Source: Myxococcales bacterium (GTDB lineage Bacteria > Myxococcota_A > Polyangia > Polyangiales > Polyangiaceae). Taken from it: a DNA stretch of 64,000 nucleotides. The position numbers were made by a program, and so were the translations under genes. Position 1 is the stretch's first letter. Every line of letters begins with the position of its first letter. Below are positions 34,129 through 44,123 of this stretch, piece after piece. The DNA is taken from contig JAYTOU010000049.1 of assembly GCA_043747615.1 (NCBI GenBank), positions 8,418 through 72,417 on the forward strand. The letters run 5' to 3'. Under the pieces are notes generated by a model. The model was not told where the DNA came from. It worked only from the letters and a program-made list of their open reading frames with translations, and ran no database searches.

Positions 34129-36252
34129 CTACCAGACGTCGCAGCGCTTGTTGGCCGGGCGAACCATCGGCGAGCTTGCTTTGCACGAGAAGGCCTCCGC
34201 GAACTCGGGCGTGTTCGACAGAGGGCCGATGACGCGGTAGCGCGGCGGAGCGTGGGCGTCGGTTGCGGCCCTGAGACGCGCCTCTTCTTTTCGGATGTTG
34301 CCGCACCATCCCTGGGCGAAGCCCAAGAAGAATTGCTGCTCGGGCGTAAATTTGGCTGCCGGTGCGCTCTCCGCCTTGGCGTCGGCGAGGGTGTCTTTGA
34401 AGGCGCGGAAGGCAAGCTTGATTCCGCCGAGGTCGGCGATGTTCTCGCCTAGGGTCAGCTTTCCGTTCACGTGCACGTCATCCACGACGACGTAGCCGTC
34501 GAACTGCGAGGTCACGCACGCCGCGCGTTTCTTGAACTCGTCACTTGCGGTGCGCGTCCACCAGTCCGTCAGGTTGCCGTGCCCATCGAACTGCCGGCCT
34601 TCGTCGTCGAAGCCGTGGGTGAGCTCGTGACCCATCACCATCCCGATTGCGCCGTAATTCACGCCGTTCGTGGCCTGGTTGGCGTAGAACGGCGCCTGAA
34701 GAATTCCCGCCGGGAAGACCATCTCGTTGAGCGACGCGTCGTAGTACGCGTTCACCATCGGCGGCGTCATCCCCCACTCCGTGCGGTCGAGCGGCTTTCC
34801 GACTTTCGCGAGCAGCCGTCGCTCTTCGAACGCACTCGCCCGGCGCGCGTTCTCGAAATAACTTCCGCGGTCTACGGTGAGGGCGTCGTAATTCCGCCAG
34901 GTGTCGGGAAAGCCGATCTTGTTGGCGATCATTCGAAGCTTCTCGAGGGCCCGCGCGCGCGTCGGGTCGTCCATGAACGCGAGGTGCTCGAGGTTCGTCT
35001 TCATCGCGGACTCGATCTCCGCGATCATCGCCCTCACGCGTTCTTTTCCTTCGGCGCCAAGGGTGAGCTTCACGAACGGCCGACCGAGCGCCTCGCCCAT
35101 CGCGCTGTCGGTCGCGCGAACGCACCGCTTCCACCGCGGAAGAATTTTTGCGGCTCCGTTGAGGATGCTGCGAAATCGGAAGTCTTCGTCGACGAAGCGT
35201 GAGGACAGCGTCCGCGCACTGGACTTGATGAGATGCCATCGCAGGTAGACGCGCCATTCGGAATGCCCCGCCACTCCGGTGAGTCCCTGGAGCGAAGCGT
35301 CGACGGCCTTGAAGAAGTCGGGCTCAGCGACGTTGATTGCCGTGATGCCCGGAAATCCGCGCTCCTTCAGGTACGCGTCCCAGGGGAAAGCAGGAGCGAG
35401 CTTCTTCAGTCCGTCGAGCTCGATGCGGTGATAAATTTTTTGCGGATTTCGGAGATCCACCTTGGTCATCGAGGCGCGGGCCAGCCTGGTCTCGGTCTTC
35501 ATGATCCCCAGCGCCATCTCCTTGGCCGCCTCGGGTTTGTCGCCGGCGAGCACGAACATGCGCTCTACATGCTCTTGGTACTTGTCGCGCAGCGCCTTCG
35601 ATTTGGCGTCCGTCTTCAGGTAGTAGTCGCGCTCCGGAAGACCAAGCCCGCCCTGCTCCGCCAACCCGATGACCTGCGTAGCGTCCTTGAAATCTTGGGT
35701 AGACGTGAAGTTGAAGAAGGCCGACGTGCCGCCGTCGTGAAGCTGCGCGAGGATGGCCCCGATGCTTGCGGAATCGTTTCCATCGAGCTTGGCGAGCGCC
35801 TCCTTGAGCGCTCGGTCGCCTGAGTCGTCGATCTTTTTTTCATCCATGCAGGATGCATAGAAATCTCCGAGCGCCTTCGCATAAGGCTCTTTTCCCTGCG
35901 TGGAGGGCGAGCCATCCTCTTCGAGGATCTTGCGGAGAAGGAGCTCGTTTCGCTCCGCGATCAGGTCGAAGCTTCGCATCCAATCGGATTCGTCGTCGGG
36001 GATGGGAGTGGCCTTCATCCAACCGCCGCATGCGTACGCATAGAAGTCGTCGCACGGTGCCACGCTCGGATCGAGCGCACTCTCGTCGACGCTGGTAAGG
36101 ACCGGGGCAGCCACGGCAACGGGCTGGGCAGGCGGACCCGTTTCCACAAGCGTCGTCACGCTCGGTCTCGCGGTGGTTGGGCCCGGCACGATCGGCTCGG
36201 CCGGTGCACCACACGCAGAAAGGAGGACCGCCGCTACGACGAGAGTACGCAT
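34129..36252 (-). CDS. M13 (neprilysin/PepO) metallopeptidase lipoprotein
   Basis: Lipobox LSAC; PCDDFY.YACG, VNAYY, GHELTHGFD, GENIAD. Confidence 0.96.
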   Translation of the reverse strand: MRTLVVAAVLLSACGAPAEPIVPGPTTARPSVTTLVETGPPAQPVAVAAPVLTSVDESALDPSVAPCDDFYAYACGGWMKATPIPDDESDWMRSFDLIAERNELLLRKILEEDGSPSTQGKEPYAKALGDFYASCMDEKKIDDSGDRALKEALAKLDGNDSASIGAILAQLHDGGTSAFFNFTSTQDFKDATQVIGLAEQGGLGLPERDYYLKTDAKSKALRDKYQEHVERMFVLAGDKPEAAKEMALGIMKTETRLARASMTKVDLRNPQKIYHRIELDGLKKLAPAFPWDAYLKERGFPGITAINVAEPDFFKAVDASLQGLTGVAGHSEWRVYLRWHLIKSSARTLSSRFVDEDFRFRSILNGAAKILPRWKRCVRATDSAMGEALGRPFVKLTLGAEGKERVRAMIAEIESAMKTNLEHLAFMDDPTRARALEKLRMIANKIGFPDTWRNYDALTVDRGSYFENARRASAFEERRLLAKVGKPLDRTEWGMTPPMVNAYYDASLNEMVFPAGILQAPFYANQATNGVNYGAIGMVMGHELTHGFDDEGRQFDGHGNLTDWWTRTASDEFKKRAACVTSQFDGYVVVDDVHVNGKLTLGENIADLGGIKLAFRAFKDTLADAKAESAPAAKFTPEQQFFLGFAQGWCGNIRKEEARLRAATDAHAPPRYRVIGPLSNTPEFAEAFSCKASSPMVRPANKRCDVW

Positions 36253-36324
36253 GACCCTTAGTGCCCCGGACCTCGCCCTTTCACAAGGCTTCGAAGCGCG
36301 GTGCTTTCGGCGAGACCTGCGCTC

Positions 36325-39300
36325 CTAGGGTCCCTCGACCATTCCGCGACCGCTTGGCGGTCCGTTGAGGTTGATTACCTGGGAGCCGCGAGAGAGCGTG
36401 TCCGAAGCCTGGGTGAGGATGTCGGGCTGCACCGCAATATCGAGCGGTCTGCCGCTGATCGAGCCGTGGCAATTGCCGCACAAGCCGCTGAAGAAATCGC
36501 GCTTGAACGATTGATGGGCGTACTCGCCGGGCGCGAAGGTGAACGACTCGCGCTGCACCCGCGGCAGCTTGTTCATCATCGATTGCGGGGTGTCCGGCAT
36601 CTTGAAAAAAATCGGGAGGCCGCCCGGCACCTGCACGTGCGCCGAGCCATCCGCGCCGAGGGGGACTTGGCCGAGCCGCCGTTTACGCACGTAGACTTGC
36701 CCGAACTCGTCCTTGACGACGCTCGCTCCACCCGCGGCGTAGCTGGTGACGTCCGAGGTGGGGGGCAAGTCTTCGTAGAGGTCGATGCTGTCTAGGGCTT
36801 CGATCGGGCGCCCCGTCGGCGTGTTCTGAAAGAGGAGCGACGCGAGAACCGGAACGTCGAGGTAGTTGATGTCGGCCTCGGTCTTTCCATCGAAGACCGT
36901 GGTGTGGCCATTGGGCTCATCGAGCGTTGACTTGAAGACACCGCGCGAGGCCCGCGCGTAGACGGCTACCGCATCGACCTCCGCTTTCCCGGCGTCGCCG
37001 AGAATCTTCGTCTTCAAACCCGTCGCGGGATCGAGCTCGTAGAGATCGTAGTCGCCGCCAAACGTCGCGGCGTCCGAGGCCACTCCGAAGCTGACCAACA
37101 TTCTTTCCCCCGGCAACGCGGCCGGCGAGGTGTAGACGCCCATCGTCGCTTGCATCGGATGCCCCGACGAATTCGGGTCGGGGAAGCGGAGCGAGTGAAG
37201 GAAAAACGCCGGCTCCACTGAATACTTCGACGCCGGATCGAGGACGGACGCGTCGACCAAGTAGTCGGCCGCGTTCGTGCTCCCGAAATCGATCCCGAGG
37301 GAGCGATTGAAGACTCCGAGCGTGCCGCCTCCATGGCTCGCGCCAGGATCGCTGAAGATGGCCGCGAAGTTTTTGTCCGCGAGCTCCACCGCGTGCGACG
37401 CCTCGTGGTAGCCGATCGAGCTGCGTTGGGCGAAGAGCGGATGGTAGTCGCCGCCATCCACGTTCATCCGGCGCAACGCGAGCTGGTAGAATCCGGGGGA
37501 GCGCTTCTCGGCGGTGAAGATCATGCGACCGTCGCTCATGAAGCTCGGCTCGCGCTCCGTGTTCAGGAGGAAGGTGCCCTGGCGAATGCGGTTTTGCCCG
37601 GGCGCGGCGGGATCGGGCTCGTGGATGTAGAGGTTCGCGTTCGGCTTGCTCGGGTCTGCCGGCGTGCGCTGCGGGCCTGCGTAGTCGTAAGGCGCTGTCG
37701 CGAGGTTGCCGCGGGTCGATGCGAAGACGAGGTGCACCCCTCCGCCGTCGTCGGGAGGGCTGAACGCCGGATCGAAGTTGTGGACAAGGATGCCGTTTAC
37801 GCTCGGCGGGCCTTCGTTGATCTTGACGTGCTTGGCGCACTGCTTTCCGTCGGCGTTCATTTGATAGATCTGAAGCGGCTCGGCAGCGCTTGCGCGTGCG
37901 GCGAAAGCCACGGTCTTCCCGTCCCACGAGACCACGGGCCTGCGAATGTCGGCTGTCGTCGGGTCGAGGCCACACCCCGCGGTGGCCGAGGCGTCGGCGC
38001 CGAGCGTCACGCTTCCCGCAGCGGTGAGGGTGGCCTCCGCGATCCTCAAATCAGCGCCAGGTGCATAGACGTCGAAGTCCTGCACGCGGTCGGGACCCGA
38101 GGGAATGACCCGTTTCACGTAGATGATGGCGCTGAGCGGGGCGAGCGTTTTTCCGATTCTTTCGCGTTTGTGCCATTCGCGGATTACACAATAAGCGGGG
38201 ATGATATCGAGATTGTCGGTGTCGTAGTTGTAGGCTTTGGCGTCGCACAGTGCGCCCGTCGCGTTGGAGCCAGCTCCCGGAGCAGGCGGCGGAGTGCCCC
38301 CCTCCGCGCTACCTTCGGGACCGGCGTCGATCATGGGCGCAGGCGCCGAACCGTTGAAGTCTTCAAGAAGAGGCCCGCCGCGATGAGTGATGCCTTCTCC
38401 GCCGAGCTCCGGGCGAAACAGGTTCTTCCGAACCATGCGGCTCGCGTTCACGTCCTCGCTCTCCAGGGAGAGCTGGGCGAGGGAAAGCTGGTAGTTCCGG
38501 CGCGTCGCTGAGAGCGAGAAACTGCCGCCGGCTCCACCTCTCAAACGATAATCATGGAACATTGCGGCCGAATGGCACTGCAGCATCATGCAGCCCTTCT
38601 TTACGAGCACCGGCTGCACTTTATGCGCGAAGAACGCGAAGTTTGGCTCGATTGCACCGAAGTCCGGCGGGCCATGCGCCTTCACCCAAGAGAGGATCCC
38701 GAGGTACTGCGGGTCGGCCGCTGAGGTGAAGATGACGCCCCCTTCGTGGAAGGAGCCGCCCTGCGCGGGGGACAGCGGCCGGCGCACGATTTCACTCTGC
38801 TCGGGGGTCTGAGAGAGATAGTCGCTGGCGGCGAAATAATTCCAGCGCGTCATCTCTGGTGTGTCGCCACACGTGAGGTAGAGATCGTTCGACGCGGTCC
38901 CGTGGCAGTTGCTGGCCGAGCACGTATCGTGAATCACCGGGTTTACGCCGCTGACGAACATCTGGAAATCGGGGCGCGTGGGATCCTTCGTGGGATCGAA
39001 GCCGACCGCGCTGGGGACGAAAGTCGAGCAAGGGCGACGCTCGAGCTTAAGCGGCGGAATGCCGGTGTTGTTGGCGGTGGCGCCATTTTCGATCCATCGC
39101 CGGAGGGTCTGGTAGCCACTCGCCGTTGGATCCAAGATCGGCCCGCCGACATGCTTGATGTCAGTGGTGATCGTCACCTTGTTTCCGTCGAACGACTGCA
39201 CCTCGACCTGGAAGCCCGGGACGTTCTTCACGAGGAACGCCGGCTGCCCGTAGGGACCGTAGTTGAGCAAGAGATCCCGGCGGTGGTTCACTCCCTCGAA

Positions 39301-39531
39301 CGTAGACGTGTCGAGGTTACCGAACGCGTACCCCTTCGGATCGGAGACGTGGCAGCCGGCGCCCGTGTTGGTTCGCACGCACGACGTCGTCAGAATCGGC
39401 GAGATCGTGCGATCGAAATAGGTGGTGTCTTTCGGTTCCTTGCTCGAGCAACCACCAATCGCCGATGGCACAATCGCGAGTGCGACGAACGTAGAAGCTG
39501 CGAGAGAAGCCCGGACGGATGTAAAGCGCAT
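36325..39531 (-). CDS. Multiheme lipoprotein: three cytochrome-c-like repeats, TolB-like propeller and HzsA-like C-terminal region
   Basis: Lipobox IGGC; CVRTNTGAGCH, CSASNCH, CMMLQCH, CGNCH; P.VSWDG..VAF, EPSFMSDGRMIFT, LGQVPL..DGS....VP. Confidence 0.75.
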   Translation of the reverse strand: MRFTSVRASLAASTFVALAIVPSAIGGCSSKEPKDTTYFDRTISPILTTSCVRTNTGAGCHVSDPKGYAFGNLDTSTFEGVNHRRDLLLNYGPYGQPAFLVKNVPGFQVEVQSFDGNKVTITTDIKHVGGPILDPTASGYQTLRRWIENGATANNTGIPPLKLERRPCSTFVPSAVGFDPTKDPTRPDFQMFVSGVNPVIHDTCSASNCHGTASNDLYLTCGDTPEMTRWNYFAASDYLSQTPEQSEIVRRPLSPAQGGSFHEGGVIFTSAADPQYLGILSWVKAHGPPDFGAIEPNFAFFAHKVQPVLVKKGCMMLQCHSAAMFHDYRLRGGAGGSFSLSATRRNYQLSLAQLSLESEDVNASRMVRKNLFRPELGGEGITHRGGPLLEDFNGSAPAPMIDAGPEGSAEGGTPPPAPGAGSNATGALCDAKAYNYDTDNLDIIPAYCVIREWHKRERIGKTLAPLSAIIYVKRVIPSGPDRVQDFDVYAPGADLRIAEATLTAAGSVTLGADASATAGCGLDPTTADIRRPVVSWDGKTVAFAARASAAEPLQIYQMNADGKQCAKHVKINEGPPSVNGILVHNFDPAFSPPDDGGGVHLVFASTRGNLATAPYDYAGPQRTPADPSKPNANLYIHEPDPAAPGQNRIRQGTFLLNTEREPSFMSDGRMIFTAEKRSPGFYQLALRRMNVDGGDYHPLFAQRSSIGYHEASHAVELADKNFAAIFSDPGASHGGGTLGVFNRSLGIDFGSTNAADYLVDASVLDPASKYSVEPAFFLHSLRFPDPNSSGHPMQATMGVYTSPAALPGERMLVSFGVASDAATFGGDYDLYELDPATGLKTKILGDAGKAEVDAVAVYARASRGVFKSTLDEPNGHTTVFDGKTEADINYLDVPVLASLLFQNTPTGRPIEALDSIDLYEDLPPTSDVTSYAAGGASVVKDEFGQVYVRKRRLGQVPLGADGSAHVQVPGGLPIFFKMPDTPQSMMNKLPRVQRESFTFAPGEYAHQSFKRDFFSGLCGNCHGSISGRPLDIAVQPDILTQASDTLSRGSQVINLNGPPSGRGMVEGP

Positions 39532-39552
39532 GCAGCCCGATTGTACCCTGCT

Positions 39553-40470
39553 TTACAGCCTGCGGATCGCGATGAGCGCTTGATCCCGCACGAGCGTGTT
39601 CTTGTCGGTCTGGGCAATGCCTTCCAGCGTGGCGCGGGCCGATGCGTCCTTGAACGTGCCGAGCGCGTGGCAAGCCGCGAGGCGAACTTCGTCGTCGGGA
39701 TCGCTCTTGGCGAGCATGAGGACGCTGGCGACGCTGTCCTTAGCGCCGAGCCCGTCGAGAACTTCGACCGCCTTGCGACGCACTTTTTGATCGCCGTCCG
39801 CCGCGAGCTTGGCCACGCTCGCCACGTCGGCGAACGTATTGATTCGACCCGCGGAGCGCAGAGCGGCGAGCTTCACGCTTCCGTCGCCGTCACTGAGCGC
39901 TTTGCTGAGCGCACCCTTGCCGTCGTCGTTCAAGCGGCCGAGCGCCGAGGCTGCAGCTGCCCGCACGCTGGCATCGGCGTCCGTGGAGATGGCGAGAGCG
40001 CACGCGTCGACACCGGGGGCGATGAGGAACTCACCGAGCGCATACGCCGCATACGCGCGACGCGTGGGATTCGGGTCGCTCTTGAGCGCGTTCACCGTCG
40101 CCTCGTAGACTTCACCCGCGCCGAAAACACCGAAAATCCGGCGGCGAAGCCACCATGCCGCGATCTCGCGGGTGTGCGTGTCGCGGTCGTAAAGCAGCGG
40201 TGCGACGGCCGGGATACACGCCAGGCACTCTACTTTCTCACCGTGCTCGAGCGCTTCCCAGATCGCCGACGGTGCGCCCGACGACGCCACGCTGATGATT
40301 CGCTCGTTGGTGGAGAGGAACTCGATCTGGTCGGGAGAAATATTCCCGTAGACCTTCGCGGTTCCTCCGCCGCCGACTTCGCCGTCGCTTCGAGCCTCCG
40401 TTCCGCTCATGAGCGACAAGCAACACACGAAGACCCCGAGAACGCTGGCTCCAACTTTGATGGGTTTCAC
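39553..40470 (-). CDS. Exported HEAT/PBS-lyase repeat protein
   Basis: Signal peptide; repeated D....VR.AA..ALG; CLAC motif; AAGGAG RBS. Confidence 0.88.
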   Translation of the reverse strand: MKPIKVGASVLGVFVCCLSLMSGTEARSDGEVGGGGTAKVYGNISPDQIEFLSTNERIISVASSGAPSAIWEALEHGEKVECLACIPAVAPLLYDRDTHTREIAAWWLRRRIFGVFGAGEVYEATVNALKSDPNPTRRAYAAYALGEFLIAPGVDACALAISTDADASVRAAAASALGRLNDDGKGALSKALSDGDGSVKLAALRSAGRINTFADVASVAKLAADGDQKVRRKAVEVLDGLGAKDSVASVLMLAKSDPDDEVRLAACHALGTFKDASARATLEGIAQTDKNTLVRDQALIAIRRL

Positions 40471-40482
40471 TTTTCGTTCTCC

Positions 40483-42780
40483 TTAGTATTTCTTGCCGGG
40501 GCCAACTGCATCCGAACCCGCTTGGAGCGGCACGAACCCGGTGTTCTGGCGCGCGTAATATTGACCACCGAGGTCCATCGAGAGAATCAGCATCTTGCGC
40601 TCTTCGGGAGTGAGGGTGACGCCCTTGTCTTCGGGGTGCATCGGCGTGTTCCAGGCCTTCGTGCCGTCCGCTGCGGTGAGGTTGATCTTTTCGATCAGCT
40701 TCGATTGACGGGCCGAGCCGGGGACGCCCCACATGGTCGGCGCGGGGCCGGTGACGGTGACCTTCCCCATCTCCATCGCCGACGCGTAGAAGATCGAGAC
40801 GTACGACGCCGCCCACGTCTTGACCTGACGATCGTAGTAAACGGTGACCGGCGTGTCGCTCAGATCGAGGGTCGGAATTTTGTAGGTCGTGGATGCACCC
40901 GTTGCCGGGTCGGCGCGCGTCACCGAGTAGTACGTGGTCGTCGATGCGTTGTGGCAGCTCGCGCACTTCGCGGTGAGCACCGATTGCATGAACGGCTTGG
41001 CAACGTCGCTCTTGTCCCAGGGAACTTCCTGGCGATCCTTGATGGGCTGAATGAAGGCCTGAGCCTGCGCCTGCTCGGCCTTTGTCGGGTTCTGACCGAA
41101 GCGCGGAACGCCTTGTCCCGTGCGGCTTTCGTGACAACCGACGCAGCGACGATCCTCACCAGGCATGCCTTGCATCCACAAGCCTTGCGAGCGGATCGAC
41201 ATGCCGAACTTGTCGATCGGCTGGAGGTGAACGGGGACGTACGCGGGGATGTTCGCGAGCCAGCTTCCGTCTTGGTAGACGGGAGCCTCGCCGAGGACGG
41301 CCGCACCTTCGTGCATCGTGAGGCCGAACATCGTGACGCCCTTCGCGGCTTCGCTGGAGAAGCCTTCGATGATGCGGACGGCGACGGCACCCTTGAGAGA
41401 CTCACCGAGGTTCGTGTCCTTGAACTGCCCGCCGCTCACGGTGTCTTTCAAGCTGGTCTGGGTCACGTCGACGGAGCCGATGCGAACGGGGAGCGTGGAG
41501 TCCTGCATGTGCTGCACGTCGCCGATGACCGGCGGCTCCGCGCGGGGCGCAACGGCCAATGCACCGAGGTCCCACATGGCGCGATCGTTGTAAATCAACT
41601 GGTTTTTCCCGGTCGCTACATCGAAAACGTAGATGCCAAAGTCGGGCGGCGTGATCGACTGCTCGGAGAGATCGTTCACCGGACCGTCTGCCCACGAGAC
41701 GAGGAGGCGTCCGTCGGGTAGAGCGCTCGGCTCGCGGTAGCGACCGACGGGCGAAGGGCCGTTACCCGTGGGAACGTTCGGCGTCAGAATCGTGAACTGG
41801 GTGTTTTCCTCGTCGAGACAGGCGTGGCCCGCGTGGTTTGCGTTCTTGTCCATGCACACGGGATCGGCTGCGTTGCGCGAGTCGATCTTGATGAGGGCGC
41901 CAGCGTGGATGGTTCGATTGCGCGTGGTGGCGATGCCGACCATCACGTTGGGCTCGATTTCCTTCAAGCTGAAGAGCGAGTTCGCGGGCTTGCCGTGCTG
42001 GCCGCCCACCGCGAGCATGTTCGTGCCGTCCGGGTTCGCCGTGAAAATTTTGACGTCGTTGACGGGGCCAAGGTGCTCCCAGCGGGAATAGCCGATTTTG
42101 CCGTCCGCGCGCATGAAGGGGGCGACGGTGTGCGAGAGGTTTTGCGAGAAGAGATGGCGATCGGCGTCGCCGCCGTCGACGGAGATCGTTGCGAGCTGGG
42201 TGACCACGCGTCCGTGCTCGTACTCGTCTGCGCGCGTTCCCATCTCCGTGTACATCTGGTTCGTTGCGAAGCAGATTTTCCCGCCGGGGATGTAGATCGG
42301 GTTGATGTCGTCTTGATCGCCCGCGGTCTTCTGGTGCATCTCGTATTTCCCGTCGCCGCCGGGAGCAAGCTGCACGGTGTAGATGTGGTAGTGATCGGTG
42401 CCGTCTTTCTTCATCGAGAAAACAGCCTGCTGCGCGTCGAATGACACGTCCGTGCCGTTGAAGTCGGCGAGGGGAAAGTCCTTCGTCAGGTTGTGCAGGG
42501 TGCCGTCGGGGCGGGCGGGAGCGAGAAGGTTCAAGCTGCCGCCCGGCACGTAACGGTCGTAGTCGATGACTTGACCGTTGCCGCCCGAGACGTCGATCGA
42601 CACGGCGCCCTTGTCGTCGACGGTGGTGTGGGCGCGCTTGATGAAGATGATCGAGCTCACTCCGACGTCGGTGTTCTCGCCGGTCTTGTCGCTGCAGCCG
42701 GCGACGGTGAACGCCGGCACCATGACCGCCGCGAGGGCCCCTACGGTGAGTGCGAGTGCTGTAAAGGACTTCCCGATCAT
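40483..42780 (-). CDS. Hydrazine synthase alpha (HzsA)-like diheme lipoprotein
   Basis: Lipobox VAGC; propeller; YREPSALPDGRLLVSW...DFGIY; LGEAPV..DGSW...IPA..P...QPID..G...W....PGE.R.CVGCH; CASCH; GGAGG RBS. Confidence 0.8.
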   Translation of the reverse strand: MIGKSFTALALTVGALAAVMVPAFTVAGCSDKTGENTDVGVSSIIFIKRAHTTVDDKGAVSIDVSGGNGQVIDYDRYVPGGSLNLLAPARPDGTLHNLTKDFPLADFNGTDVSFDAQQAVFSMKKDGTDHYHIYTVQLAPGGDGKYEMHQKTAGDQDDINPIYIPGGKICFATNQMYTEMGTRADEYEHGRVVTQLATISVDGGDADRHLFSQNLSHTVAPFMRADGKIGYSRWEHLGPVNDVKIFTANPDGTNMLAVGGQHGKPANSLFSLKEIEPNVMVGIATTRNRTIHAGALIKIDSRNAADPVCMDKNANHAGHACLDEENTQFTILTPNVPTGNGPSPVGRYREPSALPDGRLLVSWADGPVNDLSEQSITPPDFGIYVFDVATGKNQLIYNDRAMWDLGALAVAPRAEPPVIGDVQHMQDSTLPVRIGSVDVTQTSLKDTVSGGQFKDTNLGESLKGAVAVRIIEGFSSEAAKGVTMFGLTMHEGAAVLGEAPVYQDGSWLANIPAYVPVHLQPIDKFGMSIRSQGLWMQGMPGEDRRCVGCHESRTGQGVPRFGQNPTKAEQAQAQAFIQPIKDRQEVPWDKSDVAKPFMQSVLTAKCASCHNASTTTYYSVTRADPATGASTTYKIPTLDLSDTPVTVYYDRQVKTWAASYVSIFYASAMEMGKVTVTGPAPTMWGVPGSARQSKLIEKINLTAADGTKAWNTPMHPEDKGVTLTPEERKMLILSMDLGGQYYARQNTGFVPLQAGSDAVGPGKKY

Positions 42781-42823
42781 CGCTGCCTCCCAAAGACGGG
42801 ACCTTTCCCGCGTCAGGAGATAA

Positions 42824-42840
42824 AGCACGCAGCGCGCCAA
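42824..42840 (-). promoter_or_regulatory. Sigma-54 promoter for the HzsA-like cluster
   Basis: Minus strand TTGGCGCG-CTGC-GTGCT (GG-N10-GC), 43 bp upstream of the ATG. Confidence 0.6.
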
Positions 42841-42971
42841 GCGCGAATCGGCCTATTTTGACCGACGTTTCGCCTCGTAACGGGGGGGTGTCCGCCCGAA
42901 TCCGGGGGCGCATGGCCCCGCGCCTGCTTGCTTGGCCCTAATAGGTGGAGCGCCGGTACGATGTAAGTGAC

Positions 42972-44102
42972 ATGCGTTTTCCTCTCTTCAATCTGATTTT
43001 CTTAGTCCTCGCCGGAGGGTGCGGCGCGCCGCAAACGACGACGAGCGCTCCCGCTGCGCAGCCCAAACCGAAAGGCGCGCCGTTCCTCGTTATGCAAGTC
43101 TCCGCGGGTCGCGAGCATGCGTGTGCATGCTCCAAGGATGGAAATGTTTTTTGCTGGGGCGCCAACGGTGCCGGTCAGCTCGGCGACGGAACGATGACGA
43201 GTCGCGCGGTGCCCACGCAGGTCGCTGGGCTGACCGGCGTCACCCAAGTGGCCGTAGGTGATGCGCACTCGTGCGCGCGACTGGAGAACGGAAGTATTCG
43301 CTGCTGGGGTGACAACACGCACGGCCAGCTCGGCGACGGCGGCACGAAGAACGCGACGTCACCCGTCGCGGTGACGGACCTCGCCAATGTTCTCGAGGTG
43401 GCCCTCGGAGGCAACCAGACCTGCGCGCGAAAAGGAAATGGCTTCGTCGTCTGTTGGGGAGAGACCCTCGCCGGCGGGACGTTGAAAGAAGCGACGCCAG
43501 TCTTCGGAATGACCGAGGCTTCGGAGATCGCCGTCGGCGCGCTTCACGCTTGTGCACGCATCGCGAACACGTCCGTTCGGTGCTGGGGCGCGAACAATTT
43601 CCGTCAGCTCGGCGTACCGCGCGCCGCGGGGCGTGGGCTTCCCGTGAGTGTGCCCGAGCTCACTAAACCCGTGCAAATCAGCCTCGGACGCGATCATAGT
43701 TGCGCGCGCGAAGAGAGCGGAGTCATGCGCTGCTGGGGGGGCGGGACGAGCTGCGTGCCCGGGGAGTGGACGCAAGGCCGCGTTCTCGCGGTGAGGCCCG
43801 CTGCCATTGTTGGCCTCGAGATGACCACATGGATCGCGGCCGGTGGTGATCAGGCCTGCGCGATCGAGAAGGACGCGACCGTCGCGTGCGCGCACTCGAA
43901 GCCCGGCGGTGGCGACGATCGAAGCTGCGTCTCCGAACGCGTACCGGGCCTCGAAAAAGTGGTCAGTCTCACGCTCGGGGACGGCTTTGGCTGCGCCCGC
44001 GATGAGAGCGACGCCGTGTGGTGCTGGGGGAAAAATACGAGCGGTCAGCTTGGCGACGGCACGACCGCGGACCATGCGAAGCCGACCCGCGTCACGCGCT
44101 GA
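42972..44102 (+). CDS. RCC1-repeat beta-propeller lipoprotein
   Basis: Lipobox AGGC; repeated H.CA....G.V.CWG.N..GQLGDG. Confidence 0.92.
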   Translation: MRFPLFNLIFLVLAGGCGAPQTTTSAPAAQPKPKGAPFLVMQVSAGREHACACSKDGNVFCWGANGAGQLGDGTMTSRAVPTQVAGLTGVTQVAVGDAHSCARLENGSIRCWGDNTHGQLGDGGTKNATSPVAVTDLANVLEVALGGNQTCARKGNGFVVCWGETLAGGTLKEATPVFGMTEASEIAVGALHACARIANTSVRCWGANNFRQLGVPRAAGRGLPVSVPELTKPVQISLGRDHSCAREESGVMRCWGGGTSCVPGEWTQGRVLAVRPAAIVGLEMTTWIAAGGDQACAIEKDATVACAHSKPGGGDDRSCVSERVPGLEKVVSLTLGDGFGCARDESDAVWCWGKNTSGQLGDGTTADHAKPTRVTR

Positions 44103-44123
44103 CCGCCACACCGCGTAGGTCGG

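Noticed and set aside
38746..41721. 991-aa plus-strand ORF and other long antisense ORFs (e.g. 1249-2841, 3105-4613, 52518-54668)
   Set aside because: Shadow frames of motif-bearing genes, expected in high-GC DNA
36325..42780. Anammox metabolism
   Set aside because: No HzsB/HzsC or hydrazine dehydrogenase in the window, and the context is myxobacterial; only domain-level similarity is supported
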